A program made the translations under genes and the position numbers. Shown here piece by piece: positions 34,872-47,927 of a DNA stretch of 64,000 nucleotides (its first letter is position 1; every line of letters begins with the position of its first letter). The stretch is from Tricharina praecox (taxonomy: Eukaryota), in contig NW_026250418.1 in the NCBI RefSeq assembly GCF_024521635.1, positions 248,001 through 312,000 of the forward strand. Direction: 5' to 3'. The notes below the pieces were generated by a model. The model saw only the letters and a list, made by a program, of their open reading frames with translations. It was not told the DNA's origin and searched no databases.

Positions 34872-37800
34872 CTACTGCTGCTGAACCAACTGCAACAGCG
34901 CCGGGAAATTCTGCACCAGCGCGGGCTCCTTACTATGGAGGAACTTGACGAGCTCGACCAGTTCGGCGCGGGTCTCGTCGTTGAGCTGGTCCTCTGGCGG
35001 AGTCAGGACCTGCGAGAAGATGGGCACGAACTGCTGGGTCATGCCGAAGACGGTTGCGTTCGAGGCTTGGTCTGGGAGGGAGAGCATTAGTCACTGCGGT
35101 GGTGGAAAGTGTTTGCGAGGGGGGGCTTACAAAGCTTGACGAGCATCTTGTAGACGGGCTCGTTCTCCTCGTAGTCCTCGGTGAGCGGGAGGACGCTGGC
35201 GAGGGCGGGGAGGACCTCGGCGAGCGGGACGTTCATGGGCGAGGCCATGATCATGCGCGCGATGCAGCCAGCAGCGTTGTCGAGGAGCCTGGGGTTGTCG
35301 CTGGCGTTGCGGGCCAGGAAGCGCTCGAGCTTCTGGAGGATCTTGGGGTACTCCTTCTCGATGAAGGTCTTATCCTCAGTGAAGTAGCACAGCAGACCCA
35401 TGGCGTAGGCAGCGTTGGCCTTGGTGTCCTGGTCCTCGTCGGTGATGCGGTGCGACAACAGCTGGAACAATTTCTGCAATCGGTCAGTATCCACTATTCG
35501 ACCAAATCAACGAGTCTTCCTTACCGGAGTGTAAGTGGTGACGGCACTCTCCATGAACTTGATGCTGTCGGCGATGGCACCGACACTAACGGCCCTCTCG
35601 CGGGGATCGCTCGAGCCCGCGTACTTGTAGAGATGAGTAGAGACTATCTCCCAGATCTTTCCGTACTGCGGTCCCAAAGCGACGGCGAGACCAACGAGGA
35701 CATCCATAGCGGACTCAACAAGCAGCCAGTCGTACTCGGAGGACTCCTGGAGCTCAGGAAGGTCCAGCTCATCCTCGACGTCCTCAAGCTGGGAGGGGTG
35801 CTGCTTCATGAGCACGAGAACCAGCTGGGTGGTGAGCTCAAGGATGGTGGTACCATCGCTATCGGCGAGAATAGCGGGACCACAGATCTTGAGCGTTTCG
35901 CAGACGTTCTGGAAGATAGTGGTGACAGTGGACCTAACGTGGCACGAGTTAGCATGCACGCCTTCCCATCATCCCAAACCACAACCATCCAGCAAGAGAT
36001 CAAAAAGAATAGTCAGAAGTAGATTCGTGTTCACAGCATTCGCCAAATAGGCGTCAAAGTGAGCTGGGTAACGAAGTGTACTCATCATTCCGTGCAAACA
36101 CAAAAACACCAGGAGAAAATGCTCGGGGGTACAAACCTATCCGTCTCGGTCTTCAAGTTCTCGAGGGTGACCTGAGCCACTACCTGTCCCAGCTTCATGA
36201 GCTCATCGGTGGGCACGACATGGAGCGGGATTCCCGGCTGCCACTTTGCCATACCCTGGCCCTCGCAGACCTGCCAGAGCGTGGCGTAGGCGCGCCAGAG
36301 CGTGGAGATGGCGGCCTTGCGGATGCCCTCGTAGTGGTGATCGGCCATTGCGCGCAGGATCTCGACCGTCCTCTCGAGGTACGGCAGGAACGCGTGCTTG
36401 CAGTGGCTGAGGATCTCTCCGAGCGTCTCGGCGGCAACCTCCTTCTCGAAGGCGACGGCGCCGACCGCGGTCAGGTCGTCCCAGTTGTCTTCGTTGTCCT
36501 CGTCATCGTCATCGCCGTTCGCTGTGACGATGGTACCAGAGACGGCAGAGCCGCCAACATTAACGACGTTCAGCTCCAGCTCGCCCTCCTCGCCATCCTC
36601 CGTCTCGCCCTGGGTCAAACTGTCGAACAGAGCCTTGGTGGTTCCGTCAAGGAAGGGCTTGAACTCCTCTCCGTAGATCTTGGCAATGGTAGAAAAGAAC
36701 ATGAAGGCGGTCTCCTTCATCCTGGGGTGGCCGAGGTGAAGGGACTCGTCGGCGGCGTGCATGAGCGGCTCGACGTACGGGGTGAAGGCCTGGAGACCAA
36801 CAGCCTCGGCGATGGAGCCCATGCAGTCGATGACGATACCGCGAAGATCGAGTTCCTCCTCCGAGTGCTTGAGCGAAACGTAGGGAGAAAGTCCCTGCAT
36901 CATGTCCTGGAAGTAAGGGGTGAAGCTGGTGCTAGCAGCGATCGCAGTAGAGCCAATGGCGCCGACGGAGGCAGCCTTGAGCTTGAAGTCGCCCTGCTCG
37001 AAAATGGCGAAGAGCTTGGGGACAAGCGTGGGAAGGTAATCCTCGACATCCGCCTGGTCAACTCCGACAAGGACGGCATCGATGGCGTTACAAGCGCGTC
37101 TCCAGATCTCAGGGCCGTCGTTCGAGTTCATCATGTTGATAAGGATGGGAATCAACTGAGCATGCTCCTTTCCGAGCTGCTCGTGCAGATCATCGGCAAG
37201 CTGCATGAGCGCCTCGAGGGCAGCCTGACGGACACGGGCCTCGGGGTCACCGAGGAGACGCAGGACAATGGGGAAGATGGAGTCGAGCTGCGTGACAATG
37301 AAGTCGGGAGCACCCTCAACACAGTGTCCCAGCGCTAAGATACCAGCCTTCCTGTACTCGGGGTCAGGGCTGCTGGTGTATCCGGGCAAGGCGTTGAGCA
37401 TGGGCACAACCACCATACTCGGGGGGAGAGCGGCGGCCATGAAATCCAGCATCTGCAGAGCCGATCTCGAGGGGGTCATCTCGTCGTCATCGGCGATGTC
37501 CTGGAACTCGGTAACAATCTGCATGGCCCTCTCCGTCAGGGTCTGCCCGACCTTCAGCGCCTGAATCTTCAGCTTCTTGTAGCGGATGCAAGACAGGAGG
37601 AACGACAAGGCTTTCGTGCGGACGTCGTCATCGAGCTCCTTGTTGATCGACATGTCGGAGAAGAACTGGACCAAGTCACGGAAATGGCTCGAGGTGAATG
37701 CCGGATCGACGATCAACAGCATCTGGAAGACCTCAAACGCCGAGTTCGACTTCTCCTCATCACCATCCTCAGCAACCTGCTTGAGCACCGAGACCATAGC

Positions 37801-38532
37801 GGGGATGAGCTGGCGCACAGCCTCCACGGCCGCCGAATGCTCGTCTGAGTTCAGAACCTCAGTCAACTTTCCCAGCGCCAGCAGGGTGTTCAACCGCACG
37901 GACATGCTCTCGGGGTCATTGATAGTCTGAGCAAACAGCTGGACAAACTCCTGCCAGCTGCTGGCCATCTCGTCCTCGAGGGTATCCAGCAGGGTAAAGA
38001 GGACATACGTGGCGACCTCGCGATCGTCCTTCTTCTGGGAGCGGGCGGCCTGGATCAGGGTGGCGGGCAGATCCAGCCAGAGTCCGTTCGGGATCTCGAT
38101 TCTAGCGATAGCCGACACGACGCGGGCGGCGGAGTGCCGGACGATTGGCACCTCGTCCTGGGTCGCCGACAGCAGCAGCGACTCCTTGATCTGCTGTTTC
38201 ACGTCGTCAGGCACCTTGGCCGACGAGTTGTTCTTAATTCCCCAGAACTTGGGCACCAGCGTGCGCGCCTCCACCGCCGCCAGCTGCCGCAGCGCCTTGT
38301 CGGGGTGCCCCCGCACAATCTGGATCAGTATTGGCAGCGACTCTGGCATCTTGTAGTACTCCTTCTGCAGCTTCGTCGTCGCCTTGAGCAAAGTATTGTT
38401 GTCCGCTATTTCCACACAAGACCGTCAGCTCCGCAATAACACAATAACATTTTACCCAGAAGGCAGTAAGAAACAGAATCACTCACGCGCCAATACAGAC
38501 ATCAGAGTCTGAACGAAGGCCTGTTCATCCAT
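34872..38532 (-). CDS. KAP123: Importin beta-4 / karyopherin Kap123
   Basis: MDEQAFVQTL..., LRQLAAVEARTLV, HEAT repeats, RKAGILALGHCVEGAPDF, AVAFEKEVAAETLG, LLDNAAGCIARM, LPLTEDYEENEPVY; several introns. Confidence 0.92.
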
Positions 38533-39803
38533 CGCAGCAGGAGGTATTAGGTATACGGTATAGAGAAGGTGTGTGTGTGTATCTAGACAGAACGTATGTC
38601 CCGGATCAAAAGAAAACGAGCTTTTAAAGAGGGAGGAGGAAATTCGTAAATTGGTTCGTATATGTAGACGGTAGGTGGGGCGTGGAGCGTGGGGCGTTCT
38701 TCTTCGGGGAAGAAATAGAAGGTGGGGCCGTTGGAGTCGTTTAAGGATTTTTTTTTGGAGGGGCAACAGACGGACAGCCAGACAGGTCGCAGTTAGTCCC
38801 GTGAAACCCAAAATTTCTTGTCACGCCAAGCACCGAGCGCCGCTTGCAGGGTGGGTCAGGGTACCGCAGCCTTGTGGGAGCAGGGTGCTCCCCCGTGTGG
38901 CCCGGCCCCGTGCGGCGTCGGTTAGTTATGGTTTTATGGTTGCTCACTGCTCACTCGACGTCTACGGTCTAGCACCTCGAGAGTCGAGACCGAGACCATC
39001 GTGGAAGGAAGAAATAGAATTTCGAGTGCTACATAGAGTATGATACGCAATAAAGCGATGACATCAACAGGACGAAAAGAAAAGAAAAGAAAAGAAAAGA
39101 AAAAGACTTCCGAGAAAGAAAAAAAGAAAAAAGAACCTCAAGTCCAGTCCACTCCCGAGTCCCATCTCGAGTCCCATCTCGAGCTCACCTCACAGTTCAT
39201 CACCCGCAGGCCTTATCGAACCGCCCAACGAGTGCCGCCTCCGAATCAACGCCAATATCTATATGGTATATAACTCTCTCCATTCTCTTCCATTCCATTC
39301 ACCACAATCGATGGATGAAAAAATATCTCCAGCAAAAAAAAAAAAACGAATACAAGTATCATAAATCGATCACCAGCATCACCAGCATCACCAGCACCAG
39401 CACCAGCATCACCATTTGAGCAAAAAAAAAATCAGACTAAGTAAGTAGAGTATACCACCGAGCACAATACCATAATCATCACCCAAAGACAGACATCAAC
39501 ACCATCAATCAACACGCACGATACGAGTAAAGTAAAGGAAGCAAAAAAAAGCAGCAGCAGCACAGCGGGTAAGGTAACGGGATGATCAAAAAAAAATAAG
39601 CCCCGATATAAAAAAAACCCCTCGACGAAGATAAATAAAACGCAACGCAGAAAATAAACCACACGCAGAAAAAGAAAAGAATAAGCAAAACGCAAACACT
39701 TATCATACATCCATAAGAGAGTAAATAAATAGAAAAAAAAGCGCCGAATGGAATCGCCCTGCAGCTCGGTCCACCGCTGATATCCCCTCCTCCTCCTCCT
39801 GCT

Positions 39804-42800
39804 CTACCAGCCACCTCTCCCGTTCCCACCGCGGCTCCTACGTCTACCCGAGCCAGCACTCGCAGGCGAATCGGGCTTGTCCCCCTCCAGACTCCTCCTC
39901 GAGTGCTGCTGCTGTGCAAAGATCTCATCGCTCATGGCAAACAACAGCTCGTCCTCGTCCTGGCCGCGGGAGCAGCTCGAGGTTCTACCTCCGGGCATGC
40001 CAGGCCTAGTAGCACTGCTCATGTTCCTGTCCAAGCCCGTAGTCGAACCCATCGGTGGTGTGTTTCCGCGGCCGCGCATGGAAGGACGACTGCTACCGCG
40101 GTAGGATGACCCTGACGATGACAGTCCGTTCCCTCGGTGGAACTGGTACTGAAATCTCGGTGCCTCCTCGCCGACGCTGTCCATCGATGGTGGCGGGATC
40201 GCGGGCCCAAATGCAAGAGTATCATCTTCCTCGTCGTCATGGCGACGCGATGCAGCTTCGGCCTCTTCTCTTCCTGGAAGCGCAGACTCCGAGGCGTTGT
40301 GAAGATCTTGTAGTCGGCTGTTGCTCAAGGGTGCGTTGTCAACACTTGAGAGACTGACGCTTTGTCGGACATTCTCGTATGGTACGATGGGGCCAAAGTC
40401 AATCGTATGGTTTCCGGCGGCCGGTTCATGATGCTGCTGCGACATGGAGTTCGCTCGGCGGGGTCCCATGAACCTGGGGGATACAGGTATGTCCAAGGGC
40501 GAAGTTGTTGCCGCACTTCCATTCCCTCCTCCGCTCGCCTCCCGTCGATGGCTACTCTCATTGTCGTTTCCCACCACTGGCGAGGGCCTACCCGGGCGCC
40601 GATGCTGTTCGTACTGCGCAGTGAGATTTTCACTCAGCCTCGAAGGCACAGCCGGTGTATGCGGAGTATGTGGCGACAGCGGCTTCCCTGGCGACGACGA
40701 AGAAGAAAAAGTCGTTGAAGGAACCATCCCGGGCACACTGGAGAGGTTGCGGCTGGATGTTGACGGTGATCCCGGTGTCGGTAATAACAGCGACGAAGAC
40801 AGGGAATCGGCCAGAGCACTGTGCGAATCCTTCATCTTCTGAAACTTGGACAGCGGAGCGATCCTACTAGATTCTGCAGCCGGTGCGCCGAAACTCTTGA
40901 GACTCGTCTTCTGACCGTCAGCCAGCATCGACATGAAATCCCGGATCTGAAGATCCTCTTCGTACGAGCTAGTTCCAGCAGCCGTGTACAGTCCCGACCC
41001 GGGAGCCGCCATAGAAGACGTGTAACTAGCCTGCCCACTGCTATTATCGTCGTCGGCCCTGGTCACACTAGCCGCGGACGAGATCCGTGGTCGGCGCGAA
41101 CCAAAACTACTCGCTATCCGGGTCATGGGTTGCGGCATCGGCGAGTTATTTATTATTGGTATCGGGGCTTGGCTCGAAGAAGTCTCTCCAGGTGCTGTAG
41201 CAGGCGTGGATTGAGCTGATTTGTACGATGAGGGTGATATCGCCCCAATGCTAGGCCGGGTCCTGTGAACGTAAGCACCACCAGGTGTGCTGATCCGACC
41301 CAACGATGACGGCTGGTATGTCGGCTCGGAGGTAGCAGGGGACGCCGAAAGAGACGGTGATTTGAACGGCTGGAATGATATTGAACCCCTGCGGCTCACT
41401 GACGGAATATCGGTTCCTCTCAAAGATGCTCTAGATCCTTGAATGGACCGTAAGCCTGTCGAGGGGCGATCGGCCGGCGAGCTGCCCGAAGCCACCCTAT
41501 CCATAGGAGTTCCACGCAATGCCGATATCGGGCTCGCACCATGCGGGCTCATAGCCTGATGGTACGACGATAAGCTGCCGTTTGCGGGAACATATTCGGG
41601 CCGTTGCGGCAAGGTCGACACCGTGGTCGGTATGGATCCCTGTTCCACTCCCCGGGCAGCAGCGAGGTTGTACGGCTGAGAAGTTGTCCGCTGATGTGAC
41701 GACGGCCGAAAGTAGTGTTCATCCAGGTTGATGAAATGCGAACTCAACAACGACTCGGAATCGTCGACCCTGAAATCACAGTTTTTCCGGAAAGAGACGG
41801 TAATGTTGAAGCAGCCCGCGGGACTCTCCACTTTTCCAAAAGAAAACTCGTCCGTGACTCGCTCGTCACCCGGATACAACGGTATCTGCAACCCATCCCA
41901 CCGCCGCGCCAATCTCGCGAAGTCGTCGCCACTTTGAACCCTGCATCCAATCTTCAACGCACTGCTCTGCAACTTCAGTTTTGCCAACCGTCGCCTAAAC
42001 TTCCAAGTTGGCATCAACGAAAGGTACGAGTACAGGGCTCGAAATAGTATGATGCCCTTCTTGTAAACAACCGGAAGCTCCTGTCCTTGAGGAATGTCGA
42101 ATGGGTGACTGCACACAAGGATGAGTCGTTAGCCATGAATCCTAGCAGCCTCACTCCCCCGGGTTCATACGTCAGTTCGATCTTCCACCTCTCCAGCACG
42201 ATCTGTTGCGCCTTCGCAGGGCCTCTCTCGCCTCTTCTGATACCCGCATTGAGACCGGCCCTATTCGCAGCGTTCTCCAGCGCTTCGGTAACATTCCACC
42301 TCTTCTCGTTGCTATCCAGGACCACCAGCGCCTGCGTGGGCGTGAGATCGGCGGTGTCGAGATACGTCTCGATGATGAGCGGTGGTGGTCGGGGATCAAA
42401 TGAGTCTCCGATCCTCCAGGGTCTTATTTCTTCTCGAAAAGTCTCCATCTCGTCAAGTTCTATGTTAAACTATTGCTATCGTCAGCCTTCGCCCCTCGGA
42501 TTTCCCACTATCGCCGCACGCCTGGAATTCCATACCCATTTGTTCGTCTTCTTCTCCCCGGTTTTCATCGCCACAATAGGTACAGTTGGAATTCTGGACT
42601 GCACGATGACCATAGCCGCCTTCCAAAAGAAGGCCTGAACGATCTGATTAACCTTTTCCCTCTGTGATTTCTCGGCAGGCGTATCGCCGGTATTCGCCGA
42701 TCTCGAGTGTCCCCCACCGCCACCGCCGCCGCCTGCTCTGGGGACTTGTGTGAACCCGCCAGACGACGACTCCGATCCTTCCAAGCCGTAGTAGTTCACA

Positions 42801-42913
42801 CCGGATGTGAAGCGTTGCGTGGAGTTCGTCGGCGCGTCAGGCTCCTCGGCGGTCGAGCGGCGACGGCTCGGGGAGGCGCCCCATGCGAGGTTGGTCTTAT
42901 CGGTGCCGTACAT
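39804..42913 (-). CDS. ATG13: Autophagy-related protein 13 (N-terminal HORMA, long Ser/Pro-rich disordered region)
   Basis: KVNQIVQAFFWKAAMVIVQSR, NKW|FNIELDE, PPPLIIETYLD, IVLERWKIEL, LPVVYKKGIILFRALYS, FRKNCDFRVDDSESLLS, C-terminal DELLFAMS. Confidence 0.92.
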
Positions 42914-42914
42914 A

Positions 42915-43012
42915 GTGTGTGTATGTGTGTATGTGTGTGTGTATGTGTGTATGTGTGTGTGTATGTGTGTATGTGTGTGTGTATGTGTGTATGTGTGTGT
43001 ATGTGTGTGTGT
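42915..43012. repeat. Compound (GT)n/GTAT microsatellite immediately upstream of the ATG13 start
   Basis: GTGTGTGTAT-type repeats seen directly. Confidence 0.9.
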
Positions 43013-44118
43013 GGGTGTCGAGTTGTAACTAGCGATGTGTATAGAAGGTGGGTTGACGGGTGTCGCTCGTTCGCTCGCCGGAGTGTATTTGGCGACCGAT
43101 CCGTCGGTGGGAGCGGATTGTTCGCTCTCGTTCGTGTTCGTGTGATTCGGTTCGTTGCTTGTTGTTAGGCGGTGATGATGGCGATAGTAACAGTGACGGT
43201 GGCGTAGTTGGTTGAGAAGTGCTCGTACTCGGCAGCCATTACATTTGTCTATCTATACGATTTTCGGGGTGTTGAAGTATAAAGTAGAGCAGTTGGTCTA
43301 GTTGTCTGCCAGCTCTCGCTCTCTGTCGGAGTGTGTCGGTCGTCGTGGTGAGCTCGATTGGATGTGACGGGTACTGCAGGCAGGGTAGAGTAGCAGTAGC
43401 AGCAGGTAGAGTGGGTAGCTCTCTATGACTGGAAGACGCAGCAGACGAGACGCAGAGGTCGACGATTATCTAACCACAAGAACTTCTAGAGTGGTTCAGG
43501 GATGTTGACTGATGTGCAGCTGAGAGATGAGAGCGACACGGAGTGGGAGTGGGAGTGATGGTGGTGGTGGTGGTGGTGGTGGTGGTATCGCGAATCCCAG
43601 TGTATGCGTGTCGCAGAACGAGAGAGTAGGAAGCTTCGACGAGCACTAGTATCGAGTAGTGGGTGTCGAGGATGGGAGCGAACGAGCCAGTCGCTTGCGG
43701 TTTCAAGCTCGACGGAAGCGTTGATTTGAGTTCACTCACTGCACTGCAGGCACCGTTCGGTTTTAGTCAAGGCACGGCCAGATCCTCGCAACGATAGAGT
43801 TCCGCAACGCAAGCAAGGCTTCAACGGACAGACAGGAAAAAAGGGCAGCGCACGCCAGGTACGAGACGAAGCGGGCAGGCGGGCGGGGCAGGCGGACGGG
43901 CGGACAGGCGGATAAAAGGGATTATGAGAAGCGAACGGGATCAGGTCGGATGGGATGGGATGGGATGTGACCAGCAGACGAGGCGGAATAAGCAAACAAA
44001 AGGGGAGATGATGATTGATGATGATGGTGGTGATGGTGGTGGTGGTGACGATGATGACATACACACACAGACAGACGGCGCGCGACGATTCCTCTATCGG
44101 TTCCGTAGAGAACGATAA

Positions 44119-44155
<37 letters not shown>

Positions 44156-47100
44156 ATAGAAGCAGGTTGTTGTCACTGGAATCCTCCTTCACCGCCGCCA
44201 GGTCCTCGTGTCGATGCGTGATGTACGGACGACGACCAGGCCTTCCTTACAGATCGGCCGACGCGACGACTGGGTGGATGGGGGGAGGGAGAGGACGTGC
44301 GATGACACCAGCGGACGCCCACCTGACTGACTCAACCCGAATGAAAACGAAGAAACAACTGCGGATTCACCACCGGCAACGACAGGGACAACAACACTCG
44401 CACGCACACACGCAGGCAAACCCCGGATATTCTCGCAGCGGTTGGATGGGTGGGTGGGTGGATGCAGGACACGAACGGAGGAGGAGGGGGGGGTTACCAG
44501 AGAACAGCCGTTTCGAGGCGAGGGAGATATTAAAGATAACCGTACCGTGAGTGAGCGAAGGCAGGAGTGGAGGTGAGTCGCACAGGAAGGAGCGCACAGT
44601 GTCGAGTACTCCACTCCAGTGACTCCGCCAGCTGTGGAATGGCTGTAGATACCTTCCTGCGGCCTGCGGCCTGCGCTCCCCCCCTAGCAAACGCGCAACG
44701 CAACAGTTGTAGGCTATATGGGCAGCAGCAGCCTACTTACGTCTCGTCTCGTCTCTCGCTCGCGTGGATAGCTAACGAGTAGAGTTGAGTCCGGGGGTGA
44801 GCAAGGCAGTGACGGGCGGTGATGAAGCGGTCGAGCAGCAGTGAGTCAGGTCGGTGCAGTACGGTGCGGAGCGATGGAACGGGTTGCTATTCGTTCGCCA
44901 GTTTTTATTTCAAATGCGGCGATTGCGGTGGGGGAGAGAGGAGGGGGATGAGGAGCGAACGAGTGTCGAGTGGGGCGAGGATCCTTTCGTTTCGACTCGG
45001 GTCCGCAGGAGGGCGGGTGCCGTGCTTTGTTCGTTCTTTCGTTCTTTCGTTCTGTCGAGGAGGTGTGGGAGTGTTCGGAATCGGAGGGGGCGGGGTGGGG
45101 GGAGGGGGGTGGGTTGCGGTGAAGTGTTCTTGCGTGCTGCCCCGATCTGTCAGTGTTCCGGTGGTGTGGGTGAGGGAACGAGAGCTGGGCGTTCTGGGCG
45201 TTCTGGGCGTGAGCTATCTGGAGTACCTCTTCCATACATACGACGACACCGTCTGGAGTGCGCGGTTTCCCAGGTAACGGATGCATGTGATGATCCTCCA
45301 AGGAGGCTCAGAGTTGGAGCACCGACAGCCAGTCAACTTTGATCCACATCGAAGAAGTGGCAAGTACTCTTGAATAGTACCTGTCATCGCCAGCCCACGA
45401 TATAGCAGGTACCGTGAGGTGGTCACGGCTCAAACTATGTGGTTACTGCGCACCTTCCATCGGCATGTGACCGAACACACAGTACTATGGTACCCCCGTC
45501 GAACTCTACCTACCTCTGATAATCTAGAGTATATACCTGAGCAACAGCAAGCCTTTGTCCGGGATGGAGTCAGATATGTGCGTACCGAAAAGCGGGAGGC
45601 AATCTGCCGTATGCGCATAGCAATTCTTCCGAGATAACGCGATATCATATCACCAGCGTAGGTAGTACAGCTACATACATGAGCACTCTGCACTCCGCAA
45701 GCCCCGTTTCGTCCCATGGGATGGTATGGTATGGCATGGGAACGAATGGACAGATAAACATCTTTTATGCTGCACAAAGCGTCTTGAACCTTGATCGGAA
45801 GTGGGCCGGCCCATGGGGAACTTTACACGTACTACATAAATTCGGGATCGGCCTCAAAGCGCAGCCCTTCCGATCATCACATGATCACCGTATAATTCCA
45901 GATATACGCCCTGGCGCTTGACCGCCTGCAATTATGATGCATGATAAATATACCTATCCTTCAATGAAGCTTCATCCTCACGGTGACGACGACAGCAATT
46001 ACCCATCGAATTTGCAGGCTCTCAAGTTCCGGAACTTCTGGATGGATACGCCAGTGGGATCACCCGGGCCATCATCGTCGTCTTGCTCGAGTTCCTCAAC
46101 ATTACGGTACTGGAGCCGGCCGGCGGGTAGACGCAATATTGCAGCGGTTGGCTGGTTGTAAATACATGGCTCGGGGGTCCGAGTCCGAGTCCAAGTAACA
46201 CTTCCCGATTTACCATCTGGTAATCCGTTGGGGAATCCCCTGGAATCCTCGTGAAATCACCGTAGCTGAACTGTACAACAAAGATCTCCGGACGGTGCTG
46301 TTTTTAGTCGGGACTCGGGCTGGTGGAGCTGGAGGGAGGATTTGAGGGTGGGTTTGAGGGTGTAGCGGAGGATGGAGGGAGCACCTGGATGAGGCGTGGT
46401 GGATAACGCTGATAGCCTGAGGGAGGAGGTTGGTGGAGAGGAGCAGGGAATAGACTGAGGCGGGTGTAGGTAGTAGTGAGTGGGTTTTTGGGGGGGTTTT
46501 TTGGGGTTTTTGGAGGATATGGAGCAGGAGGTTGTTGATGCTGCACATGCTATTATATATGCCAGACTATATGCCTAAGATACCTCCTATGTAATTATGT
46601 CAGACCATTGTGTACATTGTACGTACTGTATATACTTGATTGAGGTAGATTCCTGGAACCACACTGTTCACACAATTATATATCTATGATACGTCCAAGT
46701 GTTCACAAAGCGTAGCGTTTTTCATGTTAAGCTTAAGCTTAAGCTGCATCCAGAGTTGTGCGTAATATCACCACGCTTTGGCAGACGTTATGGGCACCTG
46801 TGCTGAAGATGAAGGAACCAGTGTCTTGTCTTTCCCCCCACTGTGTGGAACGATTCACCCGTTGCGAGTCCTAGGGGACATGAGTATTCTCCATTGCTCG
46901 CATGTATGTAAAACTGCATATGCAGGTTATGACAAGCCTCTAATTGCCTACAGCCTGCAGGATTGAAAACGGCCCGGCGGGCGGGTGTTTTGACTGCGAG
47001 TGGTGAACGATGAAGCAAGTGGTTGCCGTAGTGGCCGTTACGATGAAACCTCTACTCTAGAATAGATATCGCCACAACCGTGCCTTACCTACGAATGGGA

Positions 47101-47895
47101 AGTCTGGAAATGCAAGTCCCATTCCAGCTGCTCGGACTGCCTACCCAGTCGACTGTCCGGTCGCCTCGATGCGTTGAAGCGAGTCCAGATATGATACCCA
47201 CAACGTTACCCACGTCCACGTACATTGACAGTGGTATTGATAGCTTTTTCCATTACATTCCCAGGATGAGGCGCACATACCACACACGACCAAGGCCCAA
47301 CTTCTAAGGCCCCAGGGTCGTTGAGTTTTACCGGTCAGGACTCGGACTCAGACTCGGTCGTGATGGATGATGGATGATGGATCCTTGTCAACGCTGAACG
47401 CTGTGGTCTGCTTTACACCCCCCAATAGACGCACGTGGCAGTTCGAGCAGCGATCCTTCCGGTATATACAGTATGTACTATACTCTACTCGAGTAGGCAG
47501 CAACAATCAAGCAATCAATCAATCAAGCAATAACGGCAGCCTTGTCAGCGACTCAGCGCAATCGAGCGTCCCCCTCCTCCACCTCCACGTCGTCCGCGGA
47601 TTATTATTAGAAAGATCGTCTCCTGAGTCCTGGCCCTCATTGAGCCCTCCCCTCCAGAGTCCACCCCCCTCCACCCCGTGCCGCGCATGCAGCCGCCCAC
47701 GTGGAGCCTGCAGGCCCGCAGCGCAGCTGTGACTTGGACTGCGCAACTTTTCATTTACATATAACTCCCTACATACCCGCCGCGCATCACCACCATCATC
47801 ATCAGCATCGCCAACGCCAACGCTACTAGTATGTAACACGTGTAGCGAACTCGCGGCGGGCGTTGTTTCGTGAGTCAGGCCTCAAGATCCTCGGA

Positions 47896-47927
<32 letters not shown>

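Noticed and set aside
35054..37338. Long + strand ORFs (322 and 420 aa)
   Set aside because: Antisense shadows of the codon-biased KAP123 gene.
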